64,000 bases of DNA from Ranitomeya imitator (lineage: Eukaryota), in NCBI RefSeq assembly GCF_032444005.1, contig NC_091283.1, positions 834,334,001 to 834,398,000 on the forward strand, written 5' to 3'. Made by a program: the position numbers and the translations under genes. The notes under the pieces are model-generated. The model ran no database searches. It worked only from the letters and a program-made list of their open reading frames with translations, and was not told where the DNA came from. Shown in pieces: positions 1-11,600 of the stretch (its first letter is position 1; each line of letters opens with the position of its first letter).

Positions 1-223
1 CTCTCTCATTATTCTGGCATGTGGCAAATATTAATAATTATGATTATACTAATTGACCTAAAACGGGAAAGGTTTATTCTGATTTCATGTCAGATATTGA
101 GAAAAACCTGCAGATGTGTCTTTATATAGTGGATGGAAACTTCTGGCTTCAGCTGTACATGTCAGCAGCTGCATAATTCCACAATTCCAGGAGTGAGGGT
201 CCGTCTCACAAGCTACAATCTAA

Positions 224-937
224 AGGTACCGTCACACTAAGCGACGCTGCAGAGATACCGACAACGATCTGGATCGCTGCAGCGTCGCTGTTTGGTCGCT
301 GGAGAGCTGTCACACAGACAGCTCTCCAGCGACCAACGATCCCGAGGTCCCCGGTAACCAGGGTAAACATCGGGTTACTAAGCGCAGGGCCGCGCTTAGT
401 AACCCGATGTTTACCCTGGTTACCATCGTTAAAGTAAAAAAAACAACCACTACATACTTACCTACCGCTGTCTGTCCCCGGCGCTCTGCTTCTCTGCTCT
501 GGCTGTGAGCGCCGGGCAGCCGGAAAGCAGAGCGGTGACGTCACCGCTCTGCTTTCTGGCCGCTGTGCTCACAGCCAGAGCAGAGAAGCAGAGCGCCGGG
601 GACAGACAGCGGTAGGTAAGTATGTAGTGGTTGTTTTTTTTACTTTAACGATGGTAACCAGGGTAAACATCGGGTTACTAAGCGCGGCCCTGCGCTTAGT
701 AACCCGATGTTTACCCTGGTTACCAGCGAAGACATCGCTGAATCGGCGTCACACACGCCGATTCAGCGATGTCTGCGGGAGATCCAGCGACGAAACAAAG
801 TTCTGGACTTTCTTCCCCGACCAGCGATATCACAGCAGGGGCCTGATCGCTGCTGCGTGTCACACTGGACGATATCGCTAGCCAGGACGCTGCAACGTCA
901 CGGATCGCTAGCGATATCGTCTAGTGTGACGGTACCT
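224..937. mobile_element. PIF/Harbinger-type MITE with nested internal palindromes
   Basis: TIRs AGGTACCGTCACACTA / TAGTGTGACGGTACCT; TAA target duplication at 221-223 and 938-940; internal inverted arms about 353-724. Confidence 0.85.
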
Positions 938-1172
938 TAAGGAAAGAGGGGGCACACAACAGGTAAAAACTGCCTGTAATGTGCGTCCAGCCATCAGTAT
1001 AATACATGGGGGTCATATAGAAAGGGGGAGATCCGTCACCAGCCAGAGAGAGAGTGCTGCTGAGCAAGGGGGAAGACAAATATTCTGACGGTCTCTTTCC
1101 TTCCTCCATACTGTGATTGGCTGTCTCTCTCTCTCCTCCCTCCATCTTGTGACTGGCTGTCTCTCCTCCCTC

Positions 1173-2390
1173 TGTAACACCCCAGGGTCCTGGTTGTTAC
1201 AGTGGCATTGCTTTCCTGGGGAGAGTGATGTCACGCTTGGAAGATCTTCTTTATCAGGTAAACCACAAGCATACAACATGTTCACACTCCAGGCCAGAAG
1301 GGGGAGCTCTGATCCAGTTTATAGGTGGCTCCCCTATACATATATTCTGGTCTGGAGGGAAAGGAAGTCAGTGAGTCAGAGATTGCCAGAGAGGAGCTTG
1401 TCATGGAACATCAGCTTAGGCGGGGCTGGCAAGAAAGGAGTGTAGCTGAGCAGACGTGGGAGTCTGCATCTTCTGGCAGAGAGAGAAGAGAGCAGTCAGA
1501 GGGACTGGAGGGGCCGTGTAGCCACGAACGTGCTGCAGCTCCTGGACAGAGATAACTGAGAAGGAAAAACAGTGTGTAGCGAGCGAGCAGGAGAGCGAAG
1601 CACAGGAGAGTAACCATTGGGGAGGACAGCTGCGACTGGGCTACCTCCCTGGCAGAGCACAGACACTGGTAGCCGGAAGACCGAGGTTGTGAGAGACTCC
1701 AAGAGTTACAGCAGAAACCGGCAGGACAGCTGAATTACATTTCACCTGTCCACCCTAATACACAGGAGACACAGTGGCGCATAGAGCCCGGGTCGTGATA
1801 GAGACCCTGTAAAATAGCTCGAGACACCTATTATACGGGTTTGTGTCCCACCTTTAAGGAGGACAGAGAGAACTGTGAGGACCTTGATAGAAGCCACAGG
1901 CAGCAAGGGACTACTGCACCACCGCGCTATGAGGAAGGCTTCTAACTCCACCTGGTAAAGGGGACTCTGAATTTGCTTCCAAGCCGGCAGGACCGTGCCT
2001 GCCCTGTGATCTGGTGCCCTGGACTGTGGTTGCCTGAAGTCTTCAGTAAACCAGGTAAAGAGACTGCAAACCTGTGTCCTCCGTTATTTACTGCACCACT
2101 CACGATCATCTTCTATACACCGGGAGCCCTGGGGATACACTTCACCTGTGGGAAGTTATACCAGCTAGCTGCCATAACATCACCCCAACAGACCCCTTTA
2201 AGCGGCGTCGGTCCCCTCTGACCGAATACCACAGGTGGCATCACGAATACAAACTTTATTCAAAACCCCTTTAAAGACTATCCCTTTTACTTGGGCACCC
2301 AGGGCCACGGACCGGGTCGCAGCCACCGTGATATCCCCCTTAAGTACCGGACCCGGTACCGAGTACCCCACGGTCCAGGCGGGCATCCCA
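1173..2390 (+). mobile_element. Solo LTR-like element inserted in the 30-nt minisatellite
   Basis: TG...CA termini; related sequence in opposite orientation at 45331-45936 (shares GACCGAA.ACCACAGGTGGCATCACGAA); no clean TSD. Confidence 0.6.
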
Positions 2391-2392
2391 AC

Positions 2393-5280
2393 TTCATCTT
2401 GTGACTGGCTGTCTCTCCTCCCTCCATCTTGTGACTGGCTGTCTCTCTCCTCCCTCCATCTTGTGACTGGCTGTCTCTCCTCCCTCCATACTGTGACTGG
2501 CTTTCTCTCTCCTCCCTCCATGTTGTGATTGGCTGTCTCTCTCTTCCTTCCATACTGTGACTGGCTGTCTCTCCTCTATGCTGTGACTGGCTGTCTCTCC
2601 TCTCTCCATACTGTGACTGGCTGTCTCCTCCCTCCATGCTGTGGTTGGCTGTCTCTCCGCCCTCCATGCTGTGACTGGCTGTCTCTCCTCTCTCCATACT
2701 GTGACTGGCTGTCTCTCCATACTGTGACTGGCTGTCTCTGCCCTTCATGCTGTGACTGGCTGTCTCTCCGCCCTCCATGCTGTGACTGGCTGTCTCTCCT
2801 CTCTCCATACTGTGACTGGCTGTCTCTCCATACTGTGACTGGCTGTCTCTCTGCCCTTCATGCTGTGACTGGCTGTCTCTCCTCCCTCCATGCTGTGACT
2901 GGCTGTCTCTCCGCCCTCCATGCTGTGACTGGCTGTCTCTGCCCTCCATGCTGTGACTGGCTGTCTCTGCCCTCCATGCTGTGACTGGCTGTCTCTGCCC
3001 TCCATGCTGTGACTGGCTGTCTCTCCGCCCTCCATGCTGTGACTGGCTGTCTCTCCGCCCTCCATGCTGTGACTGGCTGTCTCTCCTCCCTCCATGCTGT
3101 GACTGGCTGCCTCTCCTCCCTCCATACTGTGACTGGCTGTCTCTCTGCCCTCCATTCTGTGACTGGCTGTGTCTCCTCTCTCCATGCTGTGACTGGCTGT
3201 CTCTCCTCCCTCCATACTGTGACTGGCTGTCTCTCCCCCCTCCATACTGTGACTGGCTGTCTCTCTCTCCTCCCTCTATGTTGTACCTGGCTGTCTCTCC
3301 TCCCTCCATGCTGTGACTGTCTCTCTCCTCCCTCCATGCTGTGACTGTCTCTCTCTCTCTCCATGCAATGACTGGCTCTCTCCCTCCATCTTGTGACTGT
3401 CTCTCTCTCTCTCCTCCCTTCATGCTGTGACTGTCTCTCCCTCTCTCCATGCTATGACTGGCTCTCTCCCTCCATCTTGTGACTTGCTGTCTCTCTTCTC
3501 CCTCCATGCTGTGACTGTCTCTCTCCTCCCTCCATGCAATTCAATTCAAATGAGCTTTATTGGCAGGACGAAGTACATGTTAGCATTGCCAAAGCATATG
3601 GTAAAAATAGGGGGATACTGTATGACTGGCTGTCGCTCCGCCCTCCATACTGTGACTGGCTGTCTCCTCCCTCTATGTTGTGACTGGCTGTCTCTCCTCC
3701 CTCTATGTTGTGACTGGCTGTCTCTCCTCCCTCCATGCTGTGACTGTCTCTCTCCGCCCTCCATACTGTGACTGGCTGTCTCCTCCCTCTATGTTGTGAC
3801 TGGCTGTCTCTCTCTCTCCTCCCTCCATGCTGTGTCTGGCTGTCTCTCTCCTCCCTCCATGCTGTGACTGGCTGTCTCTCTCCTCCCTCCATGCTGTGAC
3901 TGGCTGTCTCTCCTCCCTCCATGCTGTGACTGGCTGTCTCTCCTCCCTCTATGTTGTGACTGGCTGTCTCTCCTCCCTCCATGCTGTGACTGTCTCTCTC
4001 CGCCCTCCATGCTGTGATTGGCTGCCTCTCCTCCCTCTATGTTGTGACTGGCTGTCTCTCTCTCTCCTCCCTCCATGCTGTGTCTGGCTGTCTCTCTCCT
4101 CCCTCCATGCTGTGACTGGCTGTCTCTCTCCTCCCTCCATGCTGTGACTGGCTGTCTCTCCTCCCTCCATGCTGTGACTGGCTGTCTCTCCTCCCTCTAT
4201 GTTGTGACTGGCTGTCTCTCCTCCCTCCATGCTGTGACTGTCTCTCTCCGCCCTCCATACTGTGACTGGCTGTCTCCTCCCTCTATGTTGTGACTGGCTG
4301 TCTCTCTCTCTCCTCCCTCCATGCTGTGTCTGGCTGTCTCTCTCCTCCCTCCATGCTGTGACTGGCTGTCTCTCTCCTCCCTCCATGCTGTGACTGGCTG
4401 TCTCTCCTCCCTCCATGCTGTGACTGGCTGTCTCTCCTCCCTCCATGCTGTGACTGTCTCTCTCCTCCCTCCATGCTGTGACTGTCTCTCTCCGCCCTCC
4501 ATACTGTGACTGGCTGTCTCCTCCCTCTATGTTGTGACTGGCTGTCTCTCTCCTCCCTCCATGCTGTGACTGGCTGTCTCTCTCCTCCCTCCATGCTGTG
4601 ACTGGCTGTCTCTCTCCTCCCTCCATGCTGTGACTGGCTGTCTCTCTCTCTCCTCCCTCCATGCTGTGTCTGGCTGTCTCTCTCCTCCCTCCATGCTGTG
4701 ACTGGCTGTCTCTCCTCCCTCCATGCTGTGACTGTCTCTCTCCGCCCTCCATACTGTGACTGGCTGTCTCCTCCCTCTATGTTGTGACTGGCTGTCTCTC
4801 TCTCCTCCCTCCATGCTGTGTCTGGCTGTCTCTCTCCTCCCTCCATGCTGTGACTGGCTGTCTCTCTCCTCCCTCCATGCTGTGACTGGCTGTCTCTCTC
4901 TCTCCTCCCTCCATGCTGTGACTGGCTGTCTCTCTCTCTCCTCCCTGCATGTTGTGACTGGCTGTCTCTCTCCTCCCTCCATGCTGTGATTGGCTGCCTC
5001 TCCTCCCTCCATGCTGTGACTGGCTGTCTCTCTCTCCTCCCTCCATGCTTGCTGTGACTGGCTGCCTCTCTTTCTTTCTCTCTCCTCCATCTTGTGACTG
5101 GCTGTCTCTCTCTTCCATCTTGTGACTGGCTGCCTCTTTTTCTTTCTCTCTCCTCCATCTTGTGACTGGCTGTCTCTCTCCTCCATCTTGTGACTGGCTG
5201 CCTCTCTTTCTTTCTCTCTCCTCCATCTTGTGACTGGCTGTCTCTCTCTCCTCCCTCCATGCTGTGACTGTCTCTCTCCT
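2393..5280. repeat. ~30-nt minisatellite (CATGCTGTGACTGGCTGTCTCTCCTCCCTC)n with a variable CT tract
   Basis: Direct inspection; about three more units at 1093-1172, upstream of the LTR. Confidence 0.95.
3537..3596 (-). mobile_element. LINE 3' tail fragment with (TTGAA)n end
   Basis: Minus strand reads ...GCCAATAAAGCTCATTTGAATTGAATTG and interrupts the minisatellite. Confidence 0.5.
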
Positions 5281-5334
5281 CCCCTGATCTCTGTACTATT
5301 AACTCTCTCTCCTCCCCTTGAACTCTGTCCGCAG

Positions 5335-5441
5335 GAAGAGACATCCGGGACCAGAGAGACAGATACATGGCAGCGAGAGTCTCCCTCCTGAAATAGAGGG
5401 CTGTGCAGGGGAAGGAGCGCTGCAGACGGAGGTGACACAGG
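5335..5441 (+). other. PEX5: Candidate PEX5 5'-UTR exon
   Basis: TTAAC branch-like motif, pyrimidine tract and CAG at 5332-5334; donor G|GTAAGG at 5442; a 71-nt intron would join it to the ATG exon acceptor. Confidence 0.45.
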
Positions 5442-5521
5442 GTAAGGTTATGGGGGAGACAGTTGTGCCTGGTGGGGCCGGTGTTTCACATGTTGCTGCC
5501 TCCATTTTGCAGACCGTCACC

Positions 5522-5659
5522 ATGGCGATGCGCGGACTGGTGGACACGGAGTGTGGGGGGGCAAATCCCCTAATGAAGCTGACGGGTCACTTCACCCAGG
5601 ACAAGGGTCTGCGGCAGGAAGGATTGCCCAGCGTGGCCTGGCCCCCGGGAGCCATCGCC
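5522..5659 (+). CDS. PEX5: PEX5 coding exon 1
   Basis: [34 protein letters not shown]...; acceptor AG at 5511-5512, donor GTAAGT at 5660. Confidence 0.95.
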
Positions 5660-8600
5660 GTAAGTGACTCGGTGCAAATACCGTCCTCAGGGAGAACTAC
5701 AAACCCCAGCACAGCAATAGAACATTGATCATAATAATAATAATCTTTATTTCTATAGCGCCAACATATTCCGCAGCGCTTTACAGTTTAACAGTTATCA
5801 TCGCTGGTTTCTTACAAGGATTCCTTAACGTTCAATTCTTGGCCGTTTTCAAGACCTCTGCTTGCTGGCAGTAAGATGTATCATTCATGTTTACGACTAG
5901 AAGCGGCTCCTACGTCTCACAGCTGAGCATTCGTTTCATTTGTGAGAAGTTTTGCCCTCCGAATGTAAACAGAAGGGTCCAATTCACCTGCAGCAAGCAG
6001 AGGTCTTAACATCAGTGAGAAGGAGACATGTTAAGCGGGAGATTCAGGTCTCGAAGCTGTGCTGCTCGCAGCAACCAATCACAGTGCAGCTTTCATTTAT
6101 TAAAAGCAGAATATGAAATGAAAGCTGCTCTCTGATTGGTTGCTATGGGTAACAAAGATGGCTTCATCAATCTCCCTCAGAGCTTTTCAGAAAGTGATTA
6201 TTCCGGATTTCCTGACGCCTTTAATTTTTTTTTGTGTCTTTTCTTGCAGATCTCAAAGCCTCTGGGAGAAGCCACAGAAGATGAGGTGAGCGCACCGCCG
6301 TTCAGCAGCACAGAGGGAATAAGCGCAGCCTTACTGCCTAGATTCTAGTGTTCTCTGTTATCAGGCTCTTTAACCCATTCCCGACATCAGCTGTATATCC
6401 AATGTCGGGGGTCCATTACTCAGCTGGCGCCTGCAACAGAGGGTAGCAATGGGGGCTGGTGCTGATCGCTGCTTTTTAACCCCTTAAATTGTAAATCCTT
6501 GAGAGCGACCTGTAGGGGGCGCCATCCCGGTGGTGTGCAGGCCTTATGGGAGACCGTCACTTCTGTCACCTACATCAGGACTGACGGATCAGGAAGCGAT
6601 CAACAATTGTTTTCAATGTTAAAATGTAATTTTTTTATTTTTATTTTTGCCAAAAAACAAAAAAGTTTGGACTTCCCTCCTACTTCCAATATGAAAGTAA
6701 AGAAAAATAAAAATAAACCTTTTTGGTTTTGCCGCTTCTATAACAGTCTGAAATATACAATTCACTATCCCAATGTGGCAAATGCCGTAAAAGCAAAAAA
6801 AAAATTACTTTTTTTTTTTTTTTTTTTTGGATGCCGCATTTACAAAAAAAAAAAAAAACGCAATAAAAAGTGAGCAAAACATTGTACGTACCTCCAAGAT
6901 GGCACCAATAAAAAGCGTCAGCTCAGCTCAGGGGACAATAAAAAAAACCATTAGCGAAATTGTGATTTTTATTTGTTTTTTTTATATCAGTACATTATAT
7001 GGCAAAGTGAACAGAACAGCGATGTGGATGGAAAAATAAAAAATGTTATGGCTCTATGGAAGGGGGGGGGAGGGCAAAAAATGAAAATGGATGATGGCGG
7101 CAGGATTGCAGCCGTTATTGTGCCTTTCTCTGTAATCCCGCTCTCCTTGCCGCCAGCTGGTGTCGGAGTTCCTGCAGTCCCGCGCGCCCTCCCTGCATAC
7201 TCGCGCTCCGCACACATTTAAGATGGACGGCCTCTTGGCGGAGATGCAGCAAATCGAGCAAAGCAGTTTCCGCCCCGAGCCGCTCAGAGGTAAGAACCAT
7301 CTCCGTCCTTCCATGTTCTTCTTCTTGGCATACTTTCTGTATCAGTTCCTCGCTTGCTGTCAGTGAGTGGAAGCCTTAGGGTATGTGCACACGCTGTGGA
7401 TTTTGCTGTGGATCCGCAGCGGATTTGACGCTGCGGATCCGCAGCAGTTTTCCCTAAGTTTACAGTACCATGTAAACCTATGGGAAAAAAAAACGCTGTG
7501 CGCATAAATCTGCGCGAAAAACGCTGCGGATTATTTTCCGCAGCATGTCCATTCTTTGTGCGGATTCTGCAGCAGTTTTACAACTGCACCAATAGGAAAA
7601 TGCAGTTGAAAATCCACAGTGGAATCCGCAGAAGAAACCGCAATAAAATCTGCAATGAAAACCGCAGTGGTTTTGCACTGCGGATTTTCTAAATCCGCTG
7701 CGGATAAATCCGCAGCAAAATCCGCAGCGTGGGCACATACCCTTAGTGCCCAGTGGCAAAAAAACAAACCCTTTTCCGATCATTGCCGACTGACATTGTA
7801 CCGAGCCGTGCAGCTGTCTGATCGGCAAGCTGTCCCTCCATACTTCCTCTCTTCCCTTGTTGTTCTGTAGCTCCTGGTGTCGCAGATCTCGCTCTCTCTG
7901 AACGCTGGACGGATGAGTTTCTTGAGCAAGAACCAGCGGTAGAGGAAGAAGACTGGAGCCGCGAGTTCATCGATCAGGCGGGTAAGGAATCTTCTCACTC
8001 TGGTGTCATGTGATCAGTGGTGTCCACCCTGTCAGGAAGCCAGCCGCGCTGCCCCCGTAATGGAGCCGGCCATCCTCAGTGCCCCCGTAATGGAGCCGGC
8101 CATCCTCGGTGCCTCTGTAATGGAGCCGGCCATCCTCGGTGCCTCTGTAATGGAGCCGGCCATCCTCGGTGCCTCTGTAATGGAGCCGGCCATCCTCGGT
8201 GCCTCTGTAATGGAGCCGGCCATCCTCGGTGCCTCCTGTAATGGAGCTGGCCATCCTCGGTGCCCCCCGTAATGGAGCTGGCCATCCTCAGTGCCCCCCG
8301 TAATGGGGCCGGCCATCCTCGGTGCCCTCTGTAATGGAGCCGGCCATCCTCGGTGCCTCCGTTACGGAATCAGCCATCCTCGGTGCCCCCATTATGGAGC
8401 TCGCCATCCTTGTGTCCCCATAATGGAGCCGGCCATCCTCGGTGCCCCCTGTAATGGAGCCGGCCATCCTCGGTGCCCCCTGTAATGGAGCCGGCCATCC
8501 TCGGTTCCCCCGTAACGGAGCCGGCCTTCCTCGGTGCCCCCCCTGTAATGGAGCTGGCCTTCCTCGGTGCCCCCCGTAATGCAGCCGGCCATCCTCGGTG

Positions 8601-11600
8601 CCTCCATTATGGAGAAGGCCATCCTTGTGCCCCCGTAATGGAGCCGGCCATCCTCGGTGCCCCCCGAAATGGAGCCGGCCATCCTCGGTGCCCCTTGTAA
8701 TGGAGCCGGCCATCCTCTGTGCCCCTTAAAGGAGCTGGCCTTCCTCGGTGCCCCCCGTTATGGAGCTGGCCATCCTCGGTGCCTCTGTTATGGAGCCGGC
8801 CATCCTCGGTGCCCCCCGTAATGGAGCCGGCCATCCTCGGTGCCCCCCGTAATGGAGCCGGCCATCCTCGGTGCCCCCCGTAATGGAGCCGGCCATCCTC
8901 GGTGCCCCCCGTAATGGAGCCGGCCATCCTCGGTGCCCCCCGTAATGGAGCCGGCCATCCTCGGTGCCCCCCGTAATGGAGCCGGCCATCCTCGGTGCCC
9001 CCCGTAATGGAGCCGGCCATCCTCGGTGCCCCCCGTAATGGAGCCGGCCACCCTCGGTGCCCCCCGTAATGGAGCCGGCCATCCTCGGTGCCCCCCGTAA
9101 TGGAGCCGGCCATCCTCGGTGCCCCCCGTAATGGAGCCGGCCATCCTCGGTGCCCCCCGTAATGGAGCCGGCCATCCTCGGTGCCCCCCGTAATGGAGCC
9201 GGCCATCCTCGGTGCCCCCCGTAATGGAGCCGGCCATCCTCGGTGCCCCCCGTAATGGAGCCGGCCATCCTCGGTGCCCCCCGTAATGGAGCCGGCCATC
9301 CTCGATGCCCCCCGTAATGGAGCCGGCCATCCTCGGTGCCCCCGTTACGGAGCTGGCCATCCTTGGTGCCCCCCTTAATGGAGCCGGCCATCCTCGGTGC
9401 TCCCCGTAATGGAGCCGGCCATCCTCAGTGCCTCTATTATGGAGCCGGTCATCCTTGGTACCTCTGTAATGGAGCCGGCCATCCTCGGTACCCCCCGTTA
9501 TGGAGCCGGCCATCCTTGGTACCCCCCGTTATGGAGCCGGCCATCCTCGGTGCCTCTGTTATGGAGCCGGCCATCCTCGGTGCCTCTGTTATGGAGCCGG
9601 CCATCCTCGGTGCCTCTGTTACGGAACCGGCCATCCCCGGTGCCTCTGTTACGGAGCCGGCCATCCTCGGTGCCTCTGTTATGGAACCGGCCATCCTCGG
9701 TGCCCCCGTTATGGAGCCGACCATCCTCTGTGCCCTCCGTTATGGAGCCGGCCATCCTCGGTGCCTCTGTTATGGAGCCGGCCATCCTCGGTGCCTCTGT
9801 TACGGAATCGGGCATGTTCGGTGCCCCCCATAACGGAGCCCACTTGCAAGTGATAATAGTGGAAATTTCATCAATATTCTTCTCTCTTACAAGACCCCCA
9901 CTCATCGCCGTCTCGCTGGGCAGAAGAATACCTCCAGCAATCAGAGGAGAAACTGTGGTTGGGAGAGAGCGAGGGAGTGATGGCGGAGAAATGGTGAGAA
10001 GCTGTCACAATGGTGAAGGGGCTTTGTGTTATTGGAGGGAGGTGGGACCCCTAATCCTCTACCACTGCCAGTCCCAGATAACCCACTGTACCATGTGAAT
10101 GGCCAGAAGGCATCATGTGACTGGTGGAGGGGGGCAGCCGCCTTCAGGGTAGTAGTAAAGTTGTCTGGGTTCTCATCTCCCCTCTAGAACAATGACTCCC
10201 ATCATTGTATGGATTCCTCTGTCTGCATTTTAATACATAATCCTTTCTTCCCCTCTTACAGGACGGAGGAGTACCAGCCTGACGATAACCTGCAGAAAGA
10301 AGCAAAATCTCTTGTTTCTAAAGTCAATGACCCTAAACTAGTTAACAGCCAGGTACAGGGAGGGCGGGTCAGGACGGGCTGTAGGTTGTAAATATGGTAT
10401 TAATCAATTTCATGACGATTTTTCTGACCATAATGTTCTCTCTCATTCCACGGCTCTTGAAGAAATATTTTTTTTCTGATACAGAGCTCCAAACCCCCTG
10501 CATAGATACAGCAATGATAAAATTATGCCTGCAGTCACCACTAGGGGGAGCTCGCTGCGTTCATTCAATAGTCAGCTCTGGAGCTCCCCCCAGTGGTGGC
10601 TACGGAGAATCTGCCATGGGCAAAACTATTCAATTTACGTGCAGATATAGGGTTAATCTGCAAGTAAATAGCATTAATATGAGCTTCCTCTATAATACTG
10701 GGGTCCATCAGGTGTAAGCTGTGCCCCCCATATTCGGCTCATAGCATGCCCCCCACTCCTCCACTGCCTTGTATCTGCATGTGTCAATGTCACTGTCTCC
10801 ATCTCTCTTTCTCTATCAGTTCTTACAATTTGTGAGGAAGATAGGAGACGGGGAGGTGTCTCTCTCGCAGACTCCAGGCGCTCCCTCCCAGACGGTCTCG
10901 CAGGCAGAGCAGTGGTCAGAACAGTTTATACAAGAGCAGGTAGTGACCCGCACCGAGGGGCGAGGATAGTGAGATCTGCCGTCCTTTTGTGCCTACATCA
11001 CCCTTAAAGGGATTATCCTATATTTTTTTTTTTTATTTATCAACTTTCCCATATAGTTTTTTTTTTTCACCTTTTTCAAAATTTCTGCTTGTTGTCAGTG
11101 AATAGAAATTCTCAAAACTTCCATAGATCTCATGCAGCTGTGCATTCGTTACAGTTGTACCCAGTCCTAGACTGATGAAACTGTAACAAAAACCCTCAGT
11201 TGCGAGAAGTAATAATGCAGCATGGCTGTTTAGTTTCTGAATGATTTTATTCACTGACAGCAAGCAGAAAAGGTGAAAATGGCATGAGAAAAGTGCAGCA
11301 CTTTATCTACGTAGAAATGGAAATCCTTTACTATCTTCACATTAATGGTCTGCAACCTTGGCCCCTCCAGCTGTGGGGGAAGGGGGACTACAACTCTCAG
11401 TCTCCAGCTGTAAAGATGTGCCAGAGGATGTAAGGGCATGCTGAGAGTTGTAGTGTCTCATAAGCTGACCATGATTTACTGGACCTGCATATAAAACAGG
11501 TTCTGTCTTTCCAGCTGACATTGATCGGCGTCTCGCTCACCGGATCCAATCTTCTGGTTCCCTTCTGCCGCTTGGGATGTCTGTATGCCACACTGTCCCC

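Noticed and set aside
2287-5438. Overlapping MEGGETASHS / AVTGCLSSLH ORFs
   Set aside because: Products of the 30-nt minisatellite, present in several frames on both strands.
5318-5728. 136-aa ORF suggesting an N-terminally extended PEX5
   Set aside because: It begins at a non-ATG codon and reads through predicted intron sequence; the conserved MAMR start follows a good acceptor at 5512.
8003-10098. Collagen- or mucin-like ORFs ([18 protein letters not shown])
   Set aside because: Intronic 30/31-nt repeat inside PEX5 intron 4.
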